A DNA stretch of 64,000 bases from Phoronis australis (lineage: Eukaryota; Animalia; Phoronida), in the NCBI GenBank assembly GCA_002633005.1, contig NMRA01000207.1:271470-335469 (forward strand), written 5' to 3'. The notes under the pieces were generated by a model. That model was not told the DNA's origin and searched no databases. It worked only from the letters and a program-made list of their open reading frames with translations. Of this stretch, positions 62,293-64,000 are shown in pieces. The translations under genes were made by a program, and so were the position numbers. Every line of letters begins with the position of its first letter. Within the stretch, counting starts at the first letter, position 1.

Positions 62293-64000
62293 AAGAGTGA
62301 CTCCCCGGGTCGTGATGCCACCATCTTTGAAACAACTAAGGACCGGCAAAGACAACGATGCAAACCAATTCCAACTGTGAACCGGTCTCCTGTTGTTGCT
62401 TAATAGGGTGAGAAATGGTTTTTGGGCTTTTTATGAACAGCGAGCTCGTTATTGGCTCAGTTGAGGCCGTGACTCGGCATATAAAACGGCCGTCCGTGAC
62501 AAGCAAACTTATTGAACCTGATGTCGTCGAAAATCTAACTGCAACCCCTTACCAATCCCAGAAACCAGCTTTAAATTAAAGAATAAGTCGTGGCTAACAT
62601 ACAGTGGTGTACACTAAAGGTTACTTTTTCGTCAGAAGGCGCGGGATTTATAGCACTTGTTTCAGTTCTCCTGGCACTGGGTAACCAATGGCATTAGCGC
62701 GCTGAAATGATAGCGGAATCCCCCCCCCCCTCCCNTATCGCTATCCACTAATTTCAAACTTACCTATCACTAACAAAACGAGTGCCAAGATGTATTTCGA
62801 CTTTTGTGAACAGCCGTGAGCATTCGGAGTTATGCACTGTGCGCGTCACTGCGAGGATATTCGAGTCCAACTTCAACACTTACAATAACACGATGTTTTT
62901 TCAGGGATCATTTTTCCCATCAGCTCAGGACGCGTGTCGTGTGACCATTGTTGCGCTAGGAAAACACCATTACTTGTCAATACCGTGCACTATACAGGCA
63001 AATGCGATTAATTAACAGGAATTAATTGGCCCATTGTTTGATTGTTATTAGTTTAGTGCATAAAGAGAGGCGGCGTGACCGGACAAAAACCGGGAGATGT
63101 TTAACGATCTAACGCCCACCATCGAAGCGGAACAGACCGAGGGGCATAGCATTTAACATCCACGTCATTAAACTGAAATATATTTCCTGCGTATTTTTTG
63201 TCTTGATTGTACAATTCCGTGGGTCAAATTTCGCTTGAACAATGAAATTCAGACACAGTTTTTAAAGCATGATAACAGTTATTGAACTATCAACGAGACG
63301 TAACATTATCTGTAGAGGTTCCGGTTGTAAAGGATCGTTAACAACGTAACCTATCCTTAATCCTCCCGTCAACGTCTGCGGACCTGCACTTTGACGACTA
63401 CTACGTTGTGAAATTTTAGGGTTCATTTCACGTTTGTTCATCAGTTAAAAATGCTCACAGTTCCCAAGTATCTTAAATGTTGTTTTGATGTAATACAAGT
63501 GTTAGAACTTTCTTAACAACGTATGAAAGAATTCGTACCTACATAGTGAAATATCGCCATTGTGGGATCAATATTTAAGCAATAGTTTGCGACATCAAGG
63601 TATACAAATGCTCCCCCCACGCCCCTCACCCCGCACACACAAATGGTCAAAGAAGTGGTTTTATAAGCTTCCTGTGCCCTTTGGTTCATGTCCTAGGGGA
63701 GTTATGTTTGAAATAATTCCTGTAATGCGTGTACGGACGCGTACAGTGGTGAATCACAAGAAGGACCCATCAAAAGCTTCAGACCCCTAACACAGAAACG
63801 GCCCCAACATTTAGTGAACAAATTTTAATGCGCGGCTTTCAAACTCATTAGTTCCATGGTCAATACTGCATTATTTTCTTCCGAAGGCCCTAAGCTGTAA
63901 GACGTTTGGAGGACATGGTCATTCAAGCTGCCAGCCTTCCCCCCTCCACACACACACACTTTTCACAAGTCAGAACTTTTGACTCAGTTACACTTGTCAC

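Overview
Eukaryotic (invertebrate animal, probably spiralian; species not determinable) genomic DNA, not prokaryotic. Bases 1-~39.2 kb hold most of a + strand multi-exon CHD1/CHD2-type chromatin remodeller gene: 34 coding exons traced by hand with consistent GT-AG phases, encoding double chromodomain, SNF2 ATPase, SANT-SLIDE DNA-binding domain, CHCT domain and a His/Arg/Asp-rich tail. The 5' end is outside the window and the stop is at 36676. A tRNA-Ser(AGA) lies at 40187-40268. A convergent - strand Repulsive Guidance Molecule (RGM) gene has 3 coding exons (60054->48247, GDPH cleavage site, GPI-type tail), which reproduces the tail-to-tail CHD1-RGMB / CHD2-RGMA arrangement of vertebrates. CHD introns are full of MITE/HINE-like elements and minisatellites. 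Strikingly, many minisatellites are copies of the exon-intron junction itself, and others are built from the termini of one TIR element family. Other candidates: a stop-introducing alternative acceptor after CHCT, a 42-nt cassette exon, a minimal uORF at -10 of the RGM AUG, and a long fold-back in the CHD 3' UTR. Two duplications next to single Ns are probably uncollapsed-haplotype assembly artefacts. All coordinates were read by eye and no searches were run.
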